Part shown: in pieces, positions 19,292-31,012 of the stretch | Layout of the letters: the number at the start of each line of letters is the position of its first letter | Position numbering within the stretch: the stretch's first letter is position 1 | Source of the DNA: Gammaproteobacteria bacterium | Lineage (GTDB): Bacteria > Pseudomonadota > Gammaproteobacteria > Eutrophobiales > Eutrophobiaceae | Assembly (NCBI GenBank): GCA_965229565.1 | Contig: OZ245888.1 | Location: forward strand, 848,639 to 912,638 | Direction of reading: 5' to 3' | DNA length: 64,000 nucleotides | The notes under the pieces: generated by a model | Told to the model about the DNA's origin: nothing | Seen by the model: only the letters and a program-made list of their open reading frames with translations | Database searches by the model: none | Made by a program: the position numbers and the translations under genes

Positions 19292-20793
19292 TGGCGGCAG
19301 AAAAACTTAAACCTGAAGTTTCGTTAACAACGTTGTTTGCCGGTCTGGTCGATGTTGAATCAAACTTACTTGTTACCGGTATAGCCATTGACAGTCGACT
19401 GGTCAAGCCAGGCGATTTGTTCATGGCCTATCGCGGCAGCAGTAGCAACGGGATCGACTATATCGACGCAGCGATAGCTGCCGGTGCGATAGCGGTTGCC
19501 GCGGAAGCAGCTGAACAGTTTGATGAAGCTACTATTTCTGTCCCGTTTATCAAGGTCACCAATTTGCGCAAACAGGTTGGTGTGATTGCCAGTCGTTTCT
19601 TTAACGAGCCCTCTGCCGCACTAAACGTGATCGGGGTAACCGGAACGAATGGCAAGACCACGGTTTCCTTCCTGGTATCGCATGCGCTGGGTCAGTGTCA
19701 GCAGGAAACGGCATTTATCGGCACATTGGGCTACGGTAAAACCGGTGACATTCGTGATGGCAACATGACGACACCGGATCCAATCAAGTTGCATAGCCTT
19801 TTTGCCGAGTGGCGTAACGAATTGCAAAACGTGGTAATGGAGGTGTCATCGCATGCGCTGGACCAGGGTCGGGTGTCAGGCGTGCAGTTTGATATTGGTG
19901 TCTTCACCAATCTGAGTCGTGATCATCTTGATTACCATGAAACACTGGAAGAATACGCGGCAGCAAAGGCAAGCCTGTTTAGCACGGAATCATTACAACA
20001 TGCAGTGATTAACCATGATGACAGCTTTGGTCGGGAACTGATCAATCGTTTGCAAACCGAGCTGGACCTGATCGTCTACACGACGGATAGATCCACTATT
20101 GAAGATATTGATAACCACCAGGTAGTTGCCAGCGAGACCAGCACTGACAGTGATCTGGTTACTACCATCAAGATTAGCAGTCCCTGGGGTGAGGCACAGG
20201 TTAAAACCGGGCTACTCGGCAGATTTAATGTATCCAACATTCTTGCTGCTTTTTCCGTATTGTGCCTTCGCGGTATCCCGGTTGCACAGGCAGCTAACGC
20301 CATATCATCTTTTCACGGTGTGCCGGGTCGCATGGAGTGTTTTCAAACCAGCGACAAGGCCTTGCTAGTGGTTGATTATGCGCATACCCCGGATGCACTG
20401 GAAAAAGCATTGCAGAGTTTACGACCTTATTGCCAGGGCAAATTGTATTGTGTGTTTGGCTGTGGTGGTGATCGCGATACAGGTAAGCGACCACAAATGG
20501 GCGCCGTCGCCGAGACAAATGCCGACGTGGTGGTCATCACCAATGACAATCCCAGAACCGAGCAACCGGAACGAATCGTGTCGCAGATCCTCGCAGGTAT
20601 GCAGGACAAGGAAAGGGTCGCCGTACGTTATGACCGTTCCGATGCCATCATTAATACCTGCTTGCAGGCTAAGGCAGGTGACATAGTGCTTATCGCTGGC
20701 AAGGGACATGAAACCACGCAAACCATCGGTACAGACGTGATGCCATTCAGCGACCGTGAACTGGCAAGAAGGCTGGGCGAGGAGTCATCATGA
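19288..20793 (+). CDS. murE: UDP-MurNAc-tripeptide synthetase MurE (meso-DAP adding)
   Basis: Mur ligase P-loop GVTGTNGKTT and the DNPR motif (meso-DAP specificity) are present. Confidence 0.9.
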   Translation: MMAAEKLKPEVSLTTLFAGLVDVESNLLVTGIAIDSRLVKPGDLFMAYRGSSSNGIDYIDAAIAAGAIAVAAEAAEQFDEATISVPFIKVTNLRKQVGVIASRFFNEPSAALNVIGVTGTNGKTTVSFLVSHALGQCQQETAFIGTLGYGKTGDIRDGNMTTPDPIKLHSLFAEWRNELQNVVMEVSSHALDQGRVSGVQFDIGVFTNLSRDHLDYHETLEEYAAAKASLFSTESLQHAVINHDDSFGRELINRLQTELDLIVYTTDRSTIEDIDNHQVVASETSTDSDLVTTIKISSPWGEAQVKTGLLGRFNVSNILAAFSVLCLRGIPVAQAANAISSFHGVPGRMECFQTSDKALLVVDYAHTPDALEKALQSLRPYCQGKLYCVFGCGGDRDTGKRPQMGAVAETNADVVVITNDNPRTEQPERIVSQILAGMQDKERVAVRYDRSDAIINTCLQAKAGDIVLIAGKGHETTQTIGTDVMPFSDRELARRLGEESS

Positions 20794-22139
20794 TCAGAAT
20801 GACGTTATCGCGCGCCGCTGATGCCATGAATGCCCGCTACCACGGTCAAGACGTGGAGTTTATCGGTTGCAGTACAGATAGCCGCACGTTGCAAAAACAA
20901 AACCTGTTTATTGCTATCAAGGGTGAAAATTTTGACGGCCATGATTTTGTCAGCAAGGCAGAAGCAGCCGGAGCCTCTTCATTATTACTACAAAAAAATG
21001 TTGATCATGTACTGCCTGCGCTGACCGTGGATGATACCCGCAAGGCGATGGGTAAACTTGCCAGGGCATGGCGCGAGCAACTGGCTATTCCGCTGGTTGC
21101 GATAACGGGTAGCAATGGCAAGACCACCGTAAAGGAAATGGTCAAGGCAATACTGGCCAACATTGCCGACGTGCACGCTACCTCGGGAAATCTCAATAAT
21201 GATATTGGTGTGCCATTAACCCTGTTTGCGCTGGATCAGCATCATCGTTACGCGGTTATCGAGATGGGCGCCAATCACCCGGGCGAGATTGCCTGGTTGA
21301 GTTCAATCGCGCGTCCAAATGTTGCTGTCATCACGCAGTGTGCCCCGGCGCACCTGGAAGGCTTCGGCAGTATTGATGGCGTAGCCAGCGCCAAAGCCGA
21401 GATCTATTCCGGTCTGGGGACGTCGGGCACAGCGATCATCAATGCCGATGACGATTATGCGGAATACTGGAAAGCAGGTAGTAGCGTGCACAAGCAATGT
21501 ACGTTTGCGATTGAAAATACACACGCTGATGTGCGTGCGTTGGACATCACCACTGTCGGTGACTCGACAGAATTTACTTTATTGACCAGGCATGGCGAGA
21601 TTGCAATCCGGTTGCCCCTGCCCGGACGTCACAATGTAATGAATGCCCTTGCTGCTGCCGCCTGTTGTATCAGTCTCGGTATTGAACTGATGGTTATCAG
21701 AAAAGGCCTTGAACAAATGCAGGGTGTGAAAGGGCGCTTACAGATTAGGAAAGGGTACAAGGGTTGTCGCGTGATAGATGATACCTACAATGCCAATCCG
21801 ACTTCACTGGCCGCAGCGGTAAACGTATTGATGTCATACCCGGGCAAGCACGTACTTGTGCTGGGTGATATGGGCGAACTGGGAGATAGTTCGATCGCGT
21901 TGCATGCAACAGCAGGCAAACAGGCACGGGTTGCAGGTGTCGATCAGTTATTTACCCTGGGCGAACTGAGTCGTCATGCCAGTGCTGCCTTTGGCGACGA
22001 TGAGCAGCACTACGTAAAGGTCGACAAGTTAACTTCGGCACTGCTTGATGCTATTGATGAAACTACCACCTTGCTGATCAAGGGCTCACGCTCCATGAAA
22101 ATGGAACGCGTTGTAGAAAAACTGCTGGGGGGAAAATAA
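20790..22139 (+). CDS. murF: UDP-MurNAc-pentapeptide synthetase MurF
   Basis: Mur ligase P-loop ITGSNGKTT. Position between murE and mraY. Confidence 0.9.
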   Translation: MIRMTLSRAADAMNARYHGQDVEFIGCSTDSRTLQKQNLFIAIKGENFDGHDFVSKAEAAGASSLLLQKNVDHVLPALTVDDTRKAMGKLARAWREQLAIPLVAITGSNGKTTVKEMVKAILANIADVHATSGNLNNDIGVPLTLFALDQHHRYAVIEMGANHPGEIAWLSSIARPNVAVITQCAPAHLEGFGSIDGVASAKAEIYSGLGTSGTAIINADDDYAEYWKAGSSVHKQCTFAIENTHADVRALDITTVGDSTEFTLLTRHGEIAIRLPLPGRHNVMNALAAAACCISLGIELMVIRKGLEQMQGVKGRLQIRKGYKGCRVIDDTYNANPTSLAAAVNVLMSYPGKHVLVLGDMGELGDSSIALHATAGKQARVAGVDQLFTLGELSRHASAAFGDDEQHYVKVDKLTSALLDAIDETTTLLIKGSRSMKMERVVEKLLGGK

Positions 22140-22141
22140 TC

Positions 22142-23224
22142 ATGTTGCTCTGGCTGACAGAATACCTGGCCCAATTCGAATCAGGCTTCAACGTATTCCA
22201 GTACCTGACGCTGCGCACGATACTTGGCGTACTGACATCATTGTTTATCTCCTTTATCTTCGGGCCATACCTCATTCGCCATTTGACCTCCAGGCAAATT
22301 GGACAGAGTGTGCGTGATGATGGACCCCAGACTCACCTGGACAAGACCGGCACACCCACCATGGGCGGTTCCCTGATCCTGTTATCAATTGCGATCAGCA
22401 CGCTGTGCTGGTCTGACCTTGGTAACCGTTATGTCTGGGTCGTCTTGTTGGTCACGTTCCTGTTTGGCGTCATTGGTTTTGTCGATGACTATAAAAAAGT
22501 TATATACAACAACCCGAGAGGATTGAGTGCCCGGGTTAAGTACACTTGCCAATCACTGGTTGCATTCCTTGCTGCTGCATATCTATATCAAGCCGCCACA
22601 ACTCCGGCTGAAACACAGCTGATTGTGCCATTTTTCAAGACGCTGGTGTTTGACCTTGGCTGGCTGTACGTAGTGCTTGCCTACTTTGTGATTGTCGGCT
22701 CCAGTAACGCGGTTAATTTAACTGACGGTCTTGACGGTCTTGCGATCTTGCCCACGGTAATGGTCGCCGCTGCGTTAGCAATTTTTGCATACGTCACCGG
22801 TAACATACGCTTTGCAGAATACCTGGGTATCCCCTACATCCCCGGCGTGGGCGAGGTCGCTATCTTTTGCGGCACGATGGCAGGTGCCGGTCTCGGCTTC
22901 CTCTGGTTTAACACCTATCCCGCCCAGGTTTTCATGGGTGATATAGGTGCCCTTTCACTCGGTGCGGCACTGGGTATCGTGGCTGTCGTTATTCGGCAGG
23001 AACTGGTGCTGTTTATCATGGGCGGCGTTTTCGTGATAGAAACTGTTTCGGTCATTCTCCAGGTCGGTTCATACAAGTTGACCGGCAAGCGCATCTTCCG
23101 CATGGCGCCATTGCATCATCACTATGAATTGAAGGGCTGGCCCGAACCCAGGGTGATTGTCCGTTTCTGGATTATTACGGTTGTACTGGTATTAATCGGG
23201 CTTGCCAGTCTGAAGATACGTTGA
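22142..23224 (+). CDS. mraY: Phospho-N-acetylmuramoyl-pentapeptide transferase MraY
   Basis: A 360-aa polytopic membrane protein with conserved MraY motifs ([18 protein letters not shown]). Confidence 0.9.
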   Translation: MLLWLTEYLAQFESGFNVFQYLTLRTILGVLTSLFISFIFGPYLIRHLTSRQIGQSVRDDGPQTHLDKTGTPTMGGSLILLSIAISTLCWSDLGNRYVWVVLLVTFLFGVIGFVDDYKKVIYNNPRGLSARVKYTCQSLVAFLAAAYLYQAATTPAETQLIVPFFKTLVFDLGWLYVVLAYFVIVGSSNAVNLTDGLDGLAILPTVMVAAALAIFAYVTGNIRFAEYLGIPYIPGVGEVAIFCGTMAGAGLGFLWFNTYPAQVFMGDIGALSLGAALGIVAVVIRQELVLFIMGGVFVIETVSVILQVGSYKLTGKRIFRMAPLHHHYELKGWPEPRVIVRFWIITVVLVLIGLASLKIR

Positions 23225-23264
23225 GGAATGCGAGTTGTTAGGAGTATTGGAAAAAAAGAGCGAC

Positions 23265-24614
23265 ATGAGCAAGGCTGAACAAAAACTCGATGCAGTTGTT
23301 ATCGGTCTGGGCAAAACAGGTCTGTCCTGCATTCGTTTTCTGAAACAGCAGGGCCTCCATGTTGCTGTTACCGATACTCGCACGCAGCCACCATGTCTGG
23401 CCGACTTGCACAAGCATTTTCCGGACGTGTCTTTTTACCCGGGAGAAGTTGAGGATAAATTATGTCGGCGTGCCGCGCAGATCATAGTGAGCCCTGGCGT
23501 GTCGTTGCAGCAACCGGCATTGCAGGCAGTGATCGCTGCTGGCAAGCCAGTACACGGGGACATTGAGCTGTTTTGCCAACATGCAAGAGCGCCAGTAGTG
23601 GCGATCACCGGTTCCAATGGCAAGAGCACAGTAACAACGCTGGTAGCAAAGATGGCCTCGGCTGCAGGCATGCAGGTTCTATCAGGTGGCAACCTGGGTA
23701 CACCGGCACTGGAATTACTGGAACAGCCAGTACCACAGTTCTACGTGCTTGAGCTATCCAGTTTCCAGCTGGACAGCACGTTCTCTCTGAATGCTTATGC
23801 CAGCGTGGTATTGAATGTCTGTTCCGATCATATGGATCGCTACAGTGATATTGAACAATACGCGCAATCCAAGCAAAAGATATATGGCGGCGATGGTTAC
23901 ATGATCATAAACAGTGATGATGCGCGTGTGCGGGCAATGCTGGATCCATCAAGGAAAGCGCTTACTTTTTCGGTACAGCCGGAACAAAAAGCGGACTTCA
24001 GCATGCGCAAGATCAATGATGAAAACTGGTTGTGCCTGGCAGATGAGAAATTGATCACTGTCGCCGAGCTGGGTATCAAGGGCAAGCATAATATTTCCAA
24101 CGCGCTTGCCGCCATGGCACTGGGCAGCGTGATGAATATTCCAAATTCCACCATGCACTATGTACTGACATCGTTTCATGGTTTGCCGCATCGTTGCCAG
24201 TTCGTCGCGAGTATCAACGAGGTTGACTGGATCAATGATTCCAAGGCGACCAATGTGGGTGCCAGCATTGCGGCCATTGAAGGGCTGGCAAGACCCGGTC
24301 GGATCATTCTTATTGCCGGTGGTGATAGCAAGGGAGCCGATCTGCAACCGCTGCTGCCGGTGTTAACCGAGCATGTGAAGCAGATGGTGTTGATCGGTGC
24401 CGACGCCGACCTGTTTGCAGAACTTGTCACGGACCAGGTTCCTTGTTCCAGGGCCACTGATATGACTGAGGCCGTTGCCATTGCGCAGCAATTGGCACAG
24501 GCAGGTGACGTGGTTTTACTGGCACCGGCCTGTGCCAGCCTGGACATGTTTGATAATTACCAGCAACGCGGTGACGTGTTTGTCGAAGCGGTGACGGGCA
24601 TGGAGAAACACTAA
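23265..24614 (+). CDS. murD: UDP-MurNAc-L-Ala--D-Glu ligase MurD
   Basis: The start was chosen at MSKAEQKLDAVVIGLGKTGLSC, matching the E. coli MurD N-terminus; the ORF track began 10 codons upstream. P-loop ITGSNGKST present. Confidence 0.85.
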   Translation: MSKAEQKLDAVVIGLGKTGLSCIRFLKQQGLHVAVTDTRTQPPCLADLHKHFPDVSFYPGEVEDKLCRRAAQIIVSPGVSLQQPALQAVIAAGKPVHGDIELFCQHARAPVVAITGSNGKSTVTTLVAKMASAAGMQVLSGGNLGTPALELLEQPVPQFYVLELSSFQLDSTFSLNAYASVVLNVCSDHMDRYSDIEQYAQSKQKIYGGDGYMIINSDDARVRAMLDPSRKALTFSVQPEQKADFSMRKINDENWLCLADEKLITVAELGIKGKHNISNALAAMALGSVMNIPNSTMHYVLTSFHGLPHRCQFVASINEVDWINDSKATNVGASIAAIEGLARPGRIILIAGGDSKGADLQPLLPVLTEHVKQMVLIGADADLFAELVTDQVPCSRATDMTEAVAIAQQLAQAGDVVLLAPACASLDMFDNYQQRGDVFVEAVTGMEKH

Positions 24615-25816
24615 TGGTCTTGCGCAAACGAAACCAGGCCACGGTCGCTTCCAATTACCATATCAAGCATCGCCTTGTTGCCGGTTATGACCTGTGGCTT
24701 TTGGGTGTGTCGCTACTGGTGATCTGCCTTGGCCTGGTCATGGTGACGTCGTCATCAATTTCAATTGCGGCCAAGGAGTATGCCGATCCGCTGCACTTCT
24801 TCTGGCGCCAAGGCTTTGCTGCTGTCATTGGTTTATCTCTCGGGTTCGTCCTGTTACATATTCCCATGAAGTTCTGGGAAGCCTTGAGCGTGCCATTACT
24901 TATTGCCGCGATCCTGATGTTGATCATGGTGTTGTTACCGGGCGTGGGCAAAGAGGTTAACGGCAGTATGCGCTGGATACAGCTTGGACCGTTTGCCTTA
25001 CAAGCATCCGAACCGGTGAAGTTTTGCGTGATTGCCTATCTTGCCGGCTACATTGTCAGGCACCAGGAAACAGTACGCTCCGAGTTCGCAGGGTTCATTC
25101 GACCCATCGGTGTTCTTACTCTCATCTCAGGTTTGCTGTTACTTGAGCCGGACTTCGGTGCCAGTGTCGTATTATTTGGTACTGCTTTGGGCATGCTGTT
25201 CATGGGTGGTGTGCCTCTCGGTCGTTTCTTTGCATGGGTATCGGTTGCCGTCACGGCACTGTTCACGCTTGCTGTATTGTCACCTTACCGCATGCAACGA
25301 CTGATGAGTTTTATCGATCCATGGAAAGACCCATATGACAGCGGCTTCCAGTTAACCCAGGCGTTGATCGCCTTTGGTCGTGGCGAGTGGTTTGGCGTTG
25401 GTCTAGGCAGCAGTGTGCAGAAACTCTTTTATCTGCCGGAAGCGCATACCGACTTTGTTTTTTCTGTACTGGCAGAGGAAACCGGCCTGGTCGGCAGTGT
25501 CTTTATCGTATTGCTGTTTTCCTTTCTTGTCTGGCGTGCGTTTGTTATAGGCCATATGGCAGAAATGGTGGAGAAGTATTTTGCTGCTTATTTTGCCTAC
25601 GGCATTGGGTTAATTATCGGTATACAGGCCTTTATTAATATGGGCGTGAACATGGGCGTGTTACCGACCAAGGGTCTAACGTTACCGTTGTTGAGCTATG
25701 GCGGTAACAGCCTGATCGTGTATTGCATGTTGTTGAGTATCCTGCTGCGCATCGAGTACGAGAATCGCCAGGACACACGCAACCTTGTGCCCAAGGTGGT
25801 GACGACCTATGCCTGA
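24614..25816 (+). CDS. ftsW: Peptidoglycan glycosyltransferase / lipid II flippase FtsW (SEDS family)
   Basis: A 400-aa SEDS-family polytopic membrane protein. Position between murD and murG. Confidence 0.9.
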   Translation: MVLRKRNQATVASNYHIKHRLVAGYDLWLLGVSLLVICLGLVMVTSSSISIAAKEYADPLHFFWRQGFAAVIGLSLGFVLLHIPMKFWEALSVPLLIAAILMLIMVLLPGVGKEVNGSMRWIQLGPFALQASEPVKFCVIAYLAGYIVRHQETVRSEFAGFIRPIGVLTLISGLLLLEPDFGASVVLFGTALGMLFMGGVPLGRFFAWVSVAVTALFTLAVLSPYRMQRLMSFIDPWKDPYDSGFQLTQALIAFGRGEWFGVGLGSSVQKLFYLPEAHTDFVFSVLAEETGLVGSVFIVLLFSFLVWRAFVIGHMAEMVEKYFAAYFAYGIGLIIGIQAFINMGVNMGVLPTKGLTLPLLSYGGNSLIVYCMLLSILLRIEYENRQDTRNLVPKVVTTYA

Positions 25817-26891
25817 TAAAACCATCATGATCATGGCAGGTGGCACCGGCGGACACGTGTACCCGGCACTGGCCGTGGCCGACTACCTGAAACAGCAGGG
25901 TTTTAACCTGTTGTGGCTGGGTACGGAAAGAGGGCTTGAGTATCGAGTTGTGCCTGAACGCGGCTATACCTTGCTCACCATCAGCGTCGCAGGTGTCCGT
26001 GGAAAAGGTCTGCTTCGTACTTTGGTCAGTCCCTTCATGCTGGCCTTTGCCCTGATACAGGCATTGCTGATCATGATCCGCTTGCGGCCTGCTGCCGTGC
26101 TTGGCATGGGTGGTTTTGCCAGCGGTCCCGGTGGTGTGGCTGCCTGGATGATGCGAATCCCGTTATTGATACATGAACAAAATGCCATTGCCGGCTTGAC
26201 GAACAAGTTGCTGGTACCTTTTGCACGCAAGGTCATGGCTGCCTTCCCGGGTGCCTTTGAACAAATGGATAAACTGATTATTTCCGGTAACCCGGTACGT
26301 GACGAGATCAGCAGTATCCTGCCACCGGAAAAACGTCTTGCCGGTCGTAGCGGTGAAACATTGAACGTGCTGGTGCTGGGCGGCAGTCTCGGGGCACTGA
26401 AACTCAATGAACAACTACCTGCTGCGCTGGCCGCGGTTGATCAATGCCGGTTGAATATCAGGCACCAGTGCGGCGAGGCGCATCAACAACTGACCGAACA
26501 GAAATACGAGGTACTTGGAATACACGCCGAGGTGATGCCCTACATCGACAACATGGCCGAGCAATATAGCTGGGCCGATATCGTTATCTGCCGTGCAGGT
26601 GCATTGACGATTGCCGAACTGGCCGCAACCGGCGTTGGTTCGATACTGGTGCCGTATCCGCATGCCGTTGATGATCACCAGACTGCTAACGCCCGTTACC
26701 TGGAGCAAGGCGATGCCGCAGTGATCATTCAGCAACCCGATCTGAATGCTGAGCGTATCAAACAGGTCCTGGGCGGTTTGTGCCAGTCGTACCAGCGCTG
26801 TATTGACATGGCCAGCAAGGCGCGGGCCCTGGCAAAACCGGATGCCACCCGACTGGTAGCAGAGAACTGCATGGAGGCGGCCCATGCCTGA
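25809..26891 (+). CDS. murG: UDP-GlcNAc:lipid I GlcNAc transferase MurG
   Basis: N-terminal [14 protein letters not shown] motif. 360 aa. Confidence 0.9.
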   Translation: MPDKTIMIMAGGTGGHVYPALAVADYLKQQGFNLLWLGTERGLEYRVVPERGYTLLTISVAGVRGKGLLRTLVSPFMLAFALIQALLIMIRLRPAAVLGMGGFASGPGGVAAWMMRIPLLIHEQNAIAGLTNKLLVPFARKVMAAFPGAFEQMDKLIISGNPVRDEISSILPPEKRLAGRSGETLNVLVLGGSLGALKLNEQLPAALAAVDQCRLNIRHQCGEAHQQLTEQKYEVLGIHAEVMPYIDNMAEQYSWADIVICRAGALTIAELAATGVGSILVPYPHAVDDHQTANARYLEQGDAAVIIQQPDLNAERIKQVLGGLCQSYQRCIDMASKARALAKPDATRLVAENCMEAAHA

Positions 26892-28305
26892 TATTCATTC
26901 GCACGGAATGGGACGCGTTAAGCACGTGCACTTCATCGGTATCGGCGGTGCCGGTATGGGCGGGATTGCCGAGGTGTTGAAAAACCTTGGCTATACCGTC
27001 TCGGGTTCAGACGTGAAAGAAAACCGCGTAACGCGCCGCTTGAAGTCACTGGATATTGATGTGCATATCGGCCATTCCCCGGAATACGTGGAAAAGAGCG
27101 ACGTGGTGGTTATTACCAGTGCCATCAAGCCGGATAACATAGAACTGGATGCGGCGCGTTCCTTGCGCATACCCGTTGTCAGGCGTGCCGAGATGCTGGC
27201 AGAACTGATGCGCTTCAACCAGGGTATCGCGATTGCCGGCACCCATGGCAAGACCACGACCACCAGTCTTGTTGCCAGCGTACTCGCCGAGGCCGGACTG
27301 GATCCCACTTATGTTATTGGTGGTTTGCTCAACAGCTCCGGTACCAATGCCAGGCTTGGCAGTGGCAAGTATTTTGTGGCCGAGGCAGACGAAAGCGATG
27401 CTTCTTTTCTACACCTGCACCCGGTTATATCCGTGATTACCAATATCGATGCCGATCACCTTGATACGTACGGTGGTGATATGGCCAACCTGCGCAATCA
27501 TTTCATCGAGTTCCTGCGCCAGCTTCCGTTTTACGGCCTGGCCATACTATGCGTTGACGACGAGGGCATACGCAAGATACTGCCCGAGGTAACGCGACCG
27601 GTTGTGACCTACGGACTGGACTTCGAGGCTGACTACAACGCTGAACTCATCAGGCAGGAAGGCAATAAAACCTGGTTCAGGGTTTCTCACCTGCATAACC
27701 GTGACTGGCTGGAGGTCGAACTGAACCTGCCCGGCAGGCATAACCTGCGTAATGCACTCGCTGCGATCGCCGTGGCGCATGAACTGGGTGTGGAAGATCA
27801 ATCTATCGTCAATGCCTTGCGTAATTTCCAGGGCATTGCCCGTCGTTGCCATGTGCGTGGCCAGGTCACCATTGGTGAGAACACTGCGACGCTGATCGAT
27901 GACTATGCGCATCACCCCACTGAAATTGCTGCCTGTTTTGATGCTATTCATGGCGGCTGGGAAGGCAGACGCCTGGTCGTGGTCTATCAACCACATCGTT
28001 ACACGCGTATGCGCGATCTGTTTGAAGACTTTTGCCAGGTCTTGTCCCGGGCTGATGTGCTACTGGTACTCGATGTGTATCCGGCCGGTGAAGAACCGAT
28101 TACCAGCGCCGACAGTCGGTCGCTGTGCCGGGCTATCCGTTTGCGCGGCCAGATAGAACCGATATCGATACAAGATCCGGCAACCCTGCAGAAGGTGTTG
28201 GCGGGTGTACTTAAAGAAGACGATTTATTACTGACCCTGGGCGCGGGTGATATCGGCGCCATGTCGAGAAAACTCTATGAAGACTGTGCGACTACCGTGC
28301 ACTAG
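26884..28305 (+). CDS. murC: UDP-MurNAc--L-Ala ligase MurC
   Basis: [18 protein letters not shown] and the P-loop [11 protein letters not shown]. Confidence 0.9.
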   Translation: MPDIHSHGMGRVKHVHFIGIGGAGMGGIAEVLKNLGYTVSGSDVKENRVTRRLKSLDIDVHIGHSPEYVEKSDVVVITSAIKPDNIELDAARSLRIPVVRRAEMLAELMRFNQGIAIAGTHGKTTTTSLVASVLAEAGLDPTYVIGGLLNSSGTNARLGSGKYFVAEADESDASFLHLHPVISVITNIDADHLDTYGGDMANLRNHFIEFLRQLPFYGLAILCVDDEGIRKILPEVTRPVVTYGLDFEADYNAELIRQEGNKTWFRVSHLHNRDWLEVELNLPGRHNLRNALAAIAVAHELGVEDQSIVNALRNFQGIARRCHVRGQVTIGENTATLIDDYAHHPTEIAACFDAIHGGWEGRRLVVVYQPHRYTRMRDLFEDFCQVLSRADVLLVLDVYPAGEEPITSADSRSLCRAIRLRGQIEPISIQDPATLQKVLAGVLKEDDLLLTLGAGDIGAMSRKLYEDCATTVH

Positions 28306-28317
28306 GGGATACAGGAT

Positions 28318-29274
28318 TTGTTACGCGTTACAGAGGAAAACAAGGAACAGGCATTACAGATGAAATATGACCTGGATAAAAAACTGTTTGCAGGACATCT
28401 GCGTGAACAGGAACCGATGTCGCGTCACACCTCGTGGAAGACAGGCGGCCCGGCGGAACTGTATTTTTCGCCGGCCGACCTGAAAGACCTGGTGGCATTC
28501 ATGCAGTCATTGCCGGAAGACATGCCGGTGACGTGGCTGGGCAAGGGCAGCAACCTCCTGGTCAGGGATGGCGGTATAGCCGGAGCAGTGATCTCGATCG
28601 ATGGCGTACTGGATCAGTGTGAGCTGGTAGGTGATACGGGTTTACAGGTGGGTGCCGGCCTCGCCTGTGTCAAGGCGGCACGCACAGCAGGCCAGCATGG
28701 ACTTGCCGGCATCGAATTCCTGGCAGGGATTCCCGGCACCCTGGGAGGTGCGTTGGCCATGAATGCCGGTGCCTGGGGCGGCGAGATGTGGCGCCATGTG
28801 CAGGCTGTAGAAACCATTAACCGTCGTGGCGAGCTACAACATTATGACAAGTCTGATTTCAACGTGGGTTATCGCAGTGTTTCCCTGCCGACGGGTGAAT
28901 GGTTTATTTCGGCGCGACTGGAGCTTGTCAAAGACGACAGGCAAGCCGTGCAGGCACGCATACGCAACATGTTAAGCGAGCGCGCAGCAGCACAACCGCT
29001 GGGTCAACTTAGTTGTGGTTCCGTGTTCCGCAACCCTGACAAGGATTATGCCGCACGCCTGATTGAAGACTGCGGTCTGAAGGGCTATGCGATTGGTGGT
29101 GCCTGCGTTTCTGAAAAACATGCCAACTTTATTATCAATACGGGACAGGCAACATCGGCCGACATAGAAATGTTGATCGAAACGGTACAGTCCACGGTGC
29201 AGCAAAGGCACGGCATTGAATTGATACCCGAGGTCAGGATTATCGGCAAGGCCAGCATGGGAGGCAGCAACTGA
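28318..29274 (+). CDS. murB: UDP-N-acetylenolpyruvoylglucosamine reductase MurB
   Basis: FAD-binding PCMH-type domain (TSWKTGGPAELYF). Apparent TTG start at 28318 with a GGGGA RBS ~8 nt upstream. The stop overlaps the ddl start. Confidence 0.8.
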   Translation: MLRVTEENKEQALQMKYDLDKKLFAGHLREQEPMSRHTSWKTGGPAELYFSPADLKDLVAFMQSLPEDMPVTWLGKGSNLLVRDGGIAGAVISIDGVLDQCELVGDTGLQVGAGLACVKAARTAGQHGLAGIEFLAGIPGTLGGALAMNAGAWGGEMWRHVQAVETINRRGELQHYDKSDFNVGYRSVSLPTGEWFISARLELVKDDRQAVQARIRNMLSERAAAQPLGQLSCGSVFRNPDKDYAARLIEDCGLKGYAIGGACVSEKHANFIINTGQATSADIEMLIETVQSTVQQRHGIELIPEVRIIGKASMGGSN

Positions 29275-30230
29275 TGCAATTGCCTCACTATAAACCTGAT
29301 GTGTTTGGCAAGGTCGCCGTATTAATGGGCGGTGAGTCTGCCGAGCGCGAGATCTCGCTGCAAAGTGGCAAGGCAGTATACGACGCGCTGCTCGCTTCCG
29401 GTGTCGATGCCCATGCCATTGATTTTAACAAGCAGCGCCTGCCGAAATTGATAAGTGACGGCTTTGATCGTGTGTTTATCGCCTTGCACGGGCGTGGTGG
29501 TGAGGACGGTGCCATACAGGGAGCGCTGGAATCGATTGGACTGCCTTATACCGGCACTGGCGTTCTTGGTTCAGCACTGGCCATGGATAAATCGCGCAGT
29601 AAGGCCATCTGGCAAAACGCCGGTTTGCCGACCCCGCCGGCGGTCGAGTTAAACAGCAACAGTGATTGGTCCGCGACTGCCGAAGAACTGGGTTTACCAA
29701 TCATGGTCAAGCCGGTGCGGGAAGGTTCGAGTATCGGTGCCAGCAAGGTCATGGTCGCTGACGATCTGTTCGCTGCCTGGGAGCAGGCGAGTAGTTTCGA
29801 TGATCGCGTGCTGGCCGAACGCTGGATAAGCGGTGCCGAGTACACGGTACCAATCTTACATGGTGAGGTATTACCGGTAATAAAGCTGGAGACGAAACGG
29901 GATTTTTACGACTACCAGGCCAAGTATGTCGACGACGATACGCAATACATCTGTCCCTGCGGGCTGGATGCAAAACAGGAACAACTGCTGGGCGAACTGG
30001 GACAACAGGCATGTCGCGCCCTGGATGTCAGCGGCTGGGCCCGGGCTGATTTAATGATGGATTCACTAGGGCAACCCTGGTTGATCGAGGTAAACACGGT
30101 ACCGGGCATGACCAGCCACAGTCTTGTGCCCATGGCAGCAAGGCAGGCGGGTATTTCTTTCGAGGAACTGGTTGTGCAGATTCTTGCCACGAGTTTCAAC
30201 GAAGACGGTTACAAGGACGGGCAACACTGA
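29274..30230 (+). CDS. ddl: D-alanine--D-alanine ligase
   Basis: ATP-grasp fold with conserved Ddl motifs (FIALHGRGGEDG, EVNTVPGMT). Confidence 0.9.
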   Translation: MQLPHYKPDVFGKVAVLMGGESAEREISLQSGKAVYDALLASGVDAHAIDFNKQRLPKLISDGFDRVFIALHGRGGEDGAIQGALESIGLPYTGTGVLGSALAMDKSRSKAIWQNAGLPTPPAVELNSNSDWSATAEELGLPIMVKPVREGSSIGASKVMVADDLFAAWEQASSFDDRVLAERWISGAEYTVPILHGEVLPVIKLETKRDFYDYQAKYVDDDTQYICPCGLDAKQEQLLGELGQQACRALDVSGWARADLMMDSLGQPWLIEVNTVPGMTSHSLVPMAARQAGISFEELVVQILATSFNEDGYKDGQH

Positions 30231-30988
30231 TGAGTATCGACATGGTTGCAGACCCGCACAAACTGGACTTTGATCAACCCGGACATGGCCGCCGCGCACG
30301 CGTACTTGGCAGCATGCTGGCACTGCTGTTAATCGTATTATTCATAACAGGTGCTGTGCACCTGTCGCATCCGGATACCATGCCTATCAAGCAGGTCAGG
30401 ATTGAAGGTGATTTCACCAGGTTGTCGCCGGTAGACCTGCAACTGCTCGTGACCGACAAGGTCCGAGGTGGTTTCTTCAGTCTGAATGTGGACGCCGTCA
30501 GGGATGCCTTGCTGGCTGAACCCTGGGTTAGCCGCGTCACCGTGCAGCGGGTATGGCCCGATGGCTTGCGCGTTATCGTGACCGAGCAGGTGCCAGCCGT
30601 GCGTTGGAAAGACAAGGGGCTGCTTAATATCGAGGGTATGTACTTCGAACCGGATAGCAAAACCATTCCACGGGGGCTGCCACTGTTATCGGGGCCAGCG
30701 GGATCCGAGACCATGCTTTTGCAGCGTTACAACCACATGCAGAGGCAGGTGAATAAGGTGGGTTTCAGTATTGCCGAACTGGTTCTTGATGAGCGCCGGG
30801 CCTGGTCGTTCAGGCTCGCCAGCGGAATTCAAATCGTTCTGGGAAGGCGCGATTTTGAACAACGATTTCAGCGTTTTCTAAATTTAATTCCTACAACTTT
30901 GTCTGGACGTGTAGCACAGGCCGAGCAAATAGATATGCGCTACACCAACGGCTTCTCAATCAAATGGAAACAGCAGGTTAGCTTATGA
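30230..30988 (+). CDS. ftsQ: Cell division protein FtsQ
   Basis: Bitopic protein with POTRA and FtsQ domains. Position between ddl and ftsA. Confidence 0.85.
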   Translation: MSIDMVADPHKLDFDQPGHGRRARVLGSMLALLLIVLFITGAVHLSHPDTMPIKQVRIEGDFTRLSPVDLQLLVTDKVRGGFFSLNVDAVRDALLAEPWVSRVTVQRVWPDGLRVIVTEQVPAVRWKDKGLLNIEGMYFEPDSKTIPRGLPLLSGPAGSETMLLQRYNHMQRQVNKVGFSIAELVLDERRAWSFRLASGIQIVLGRRDFEQRFQRFLNLIPTTLSGRVAQAEQIDMRYTNGFSIKWKQQVSL

Positions 30989-31012
30989 GTATTGCTAATA
31001 AAGGCGGGTGTA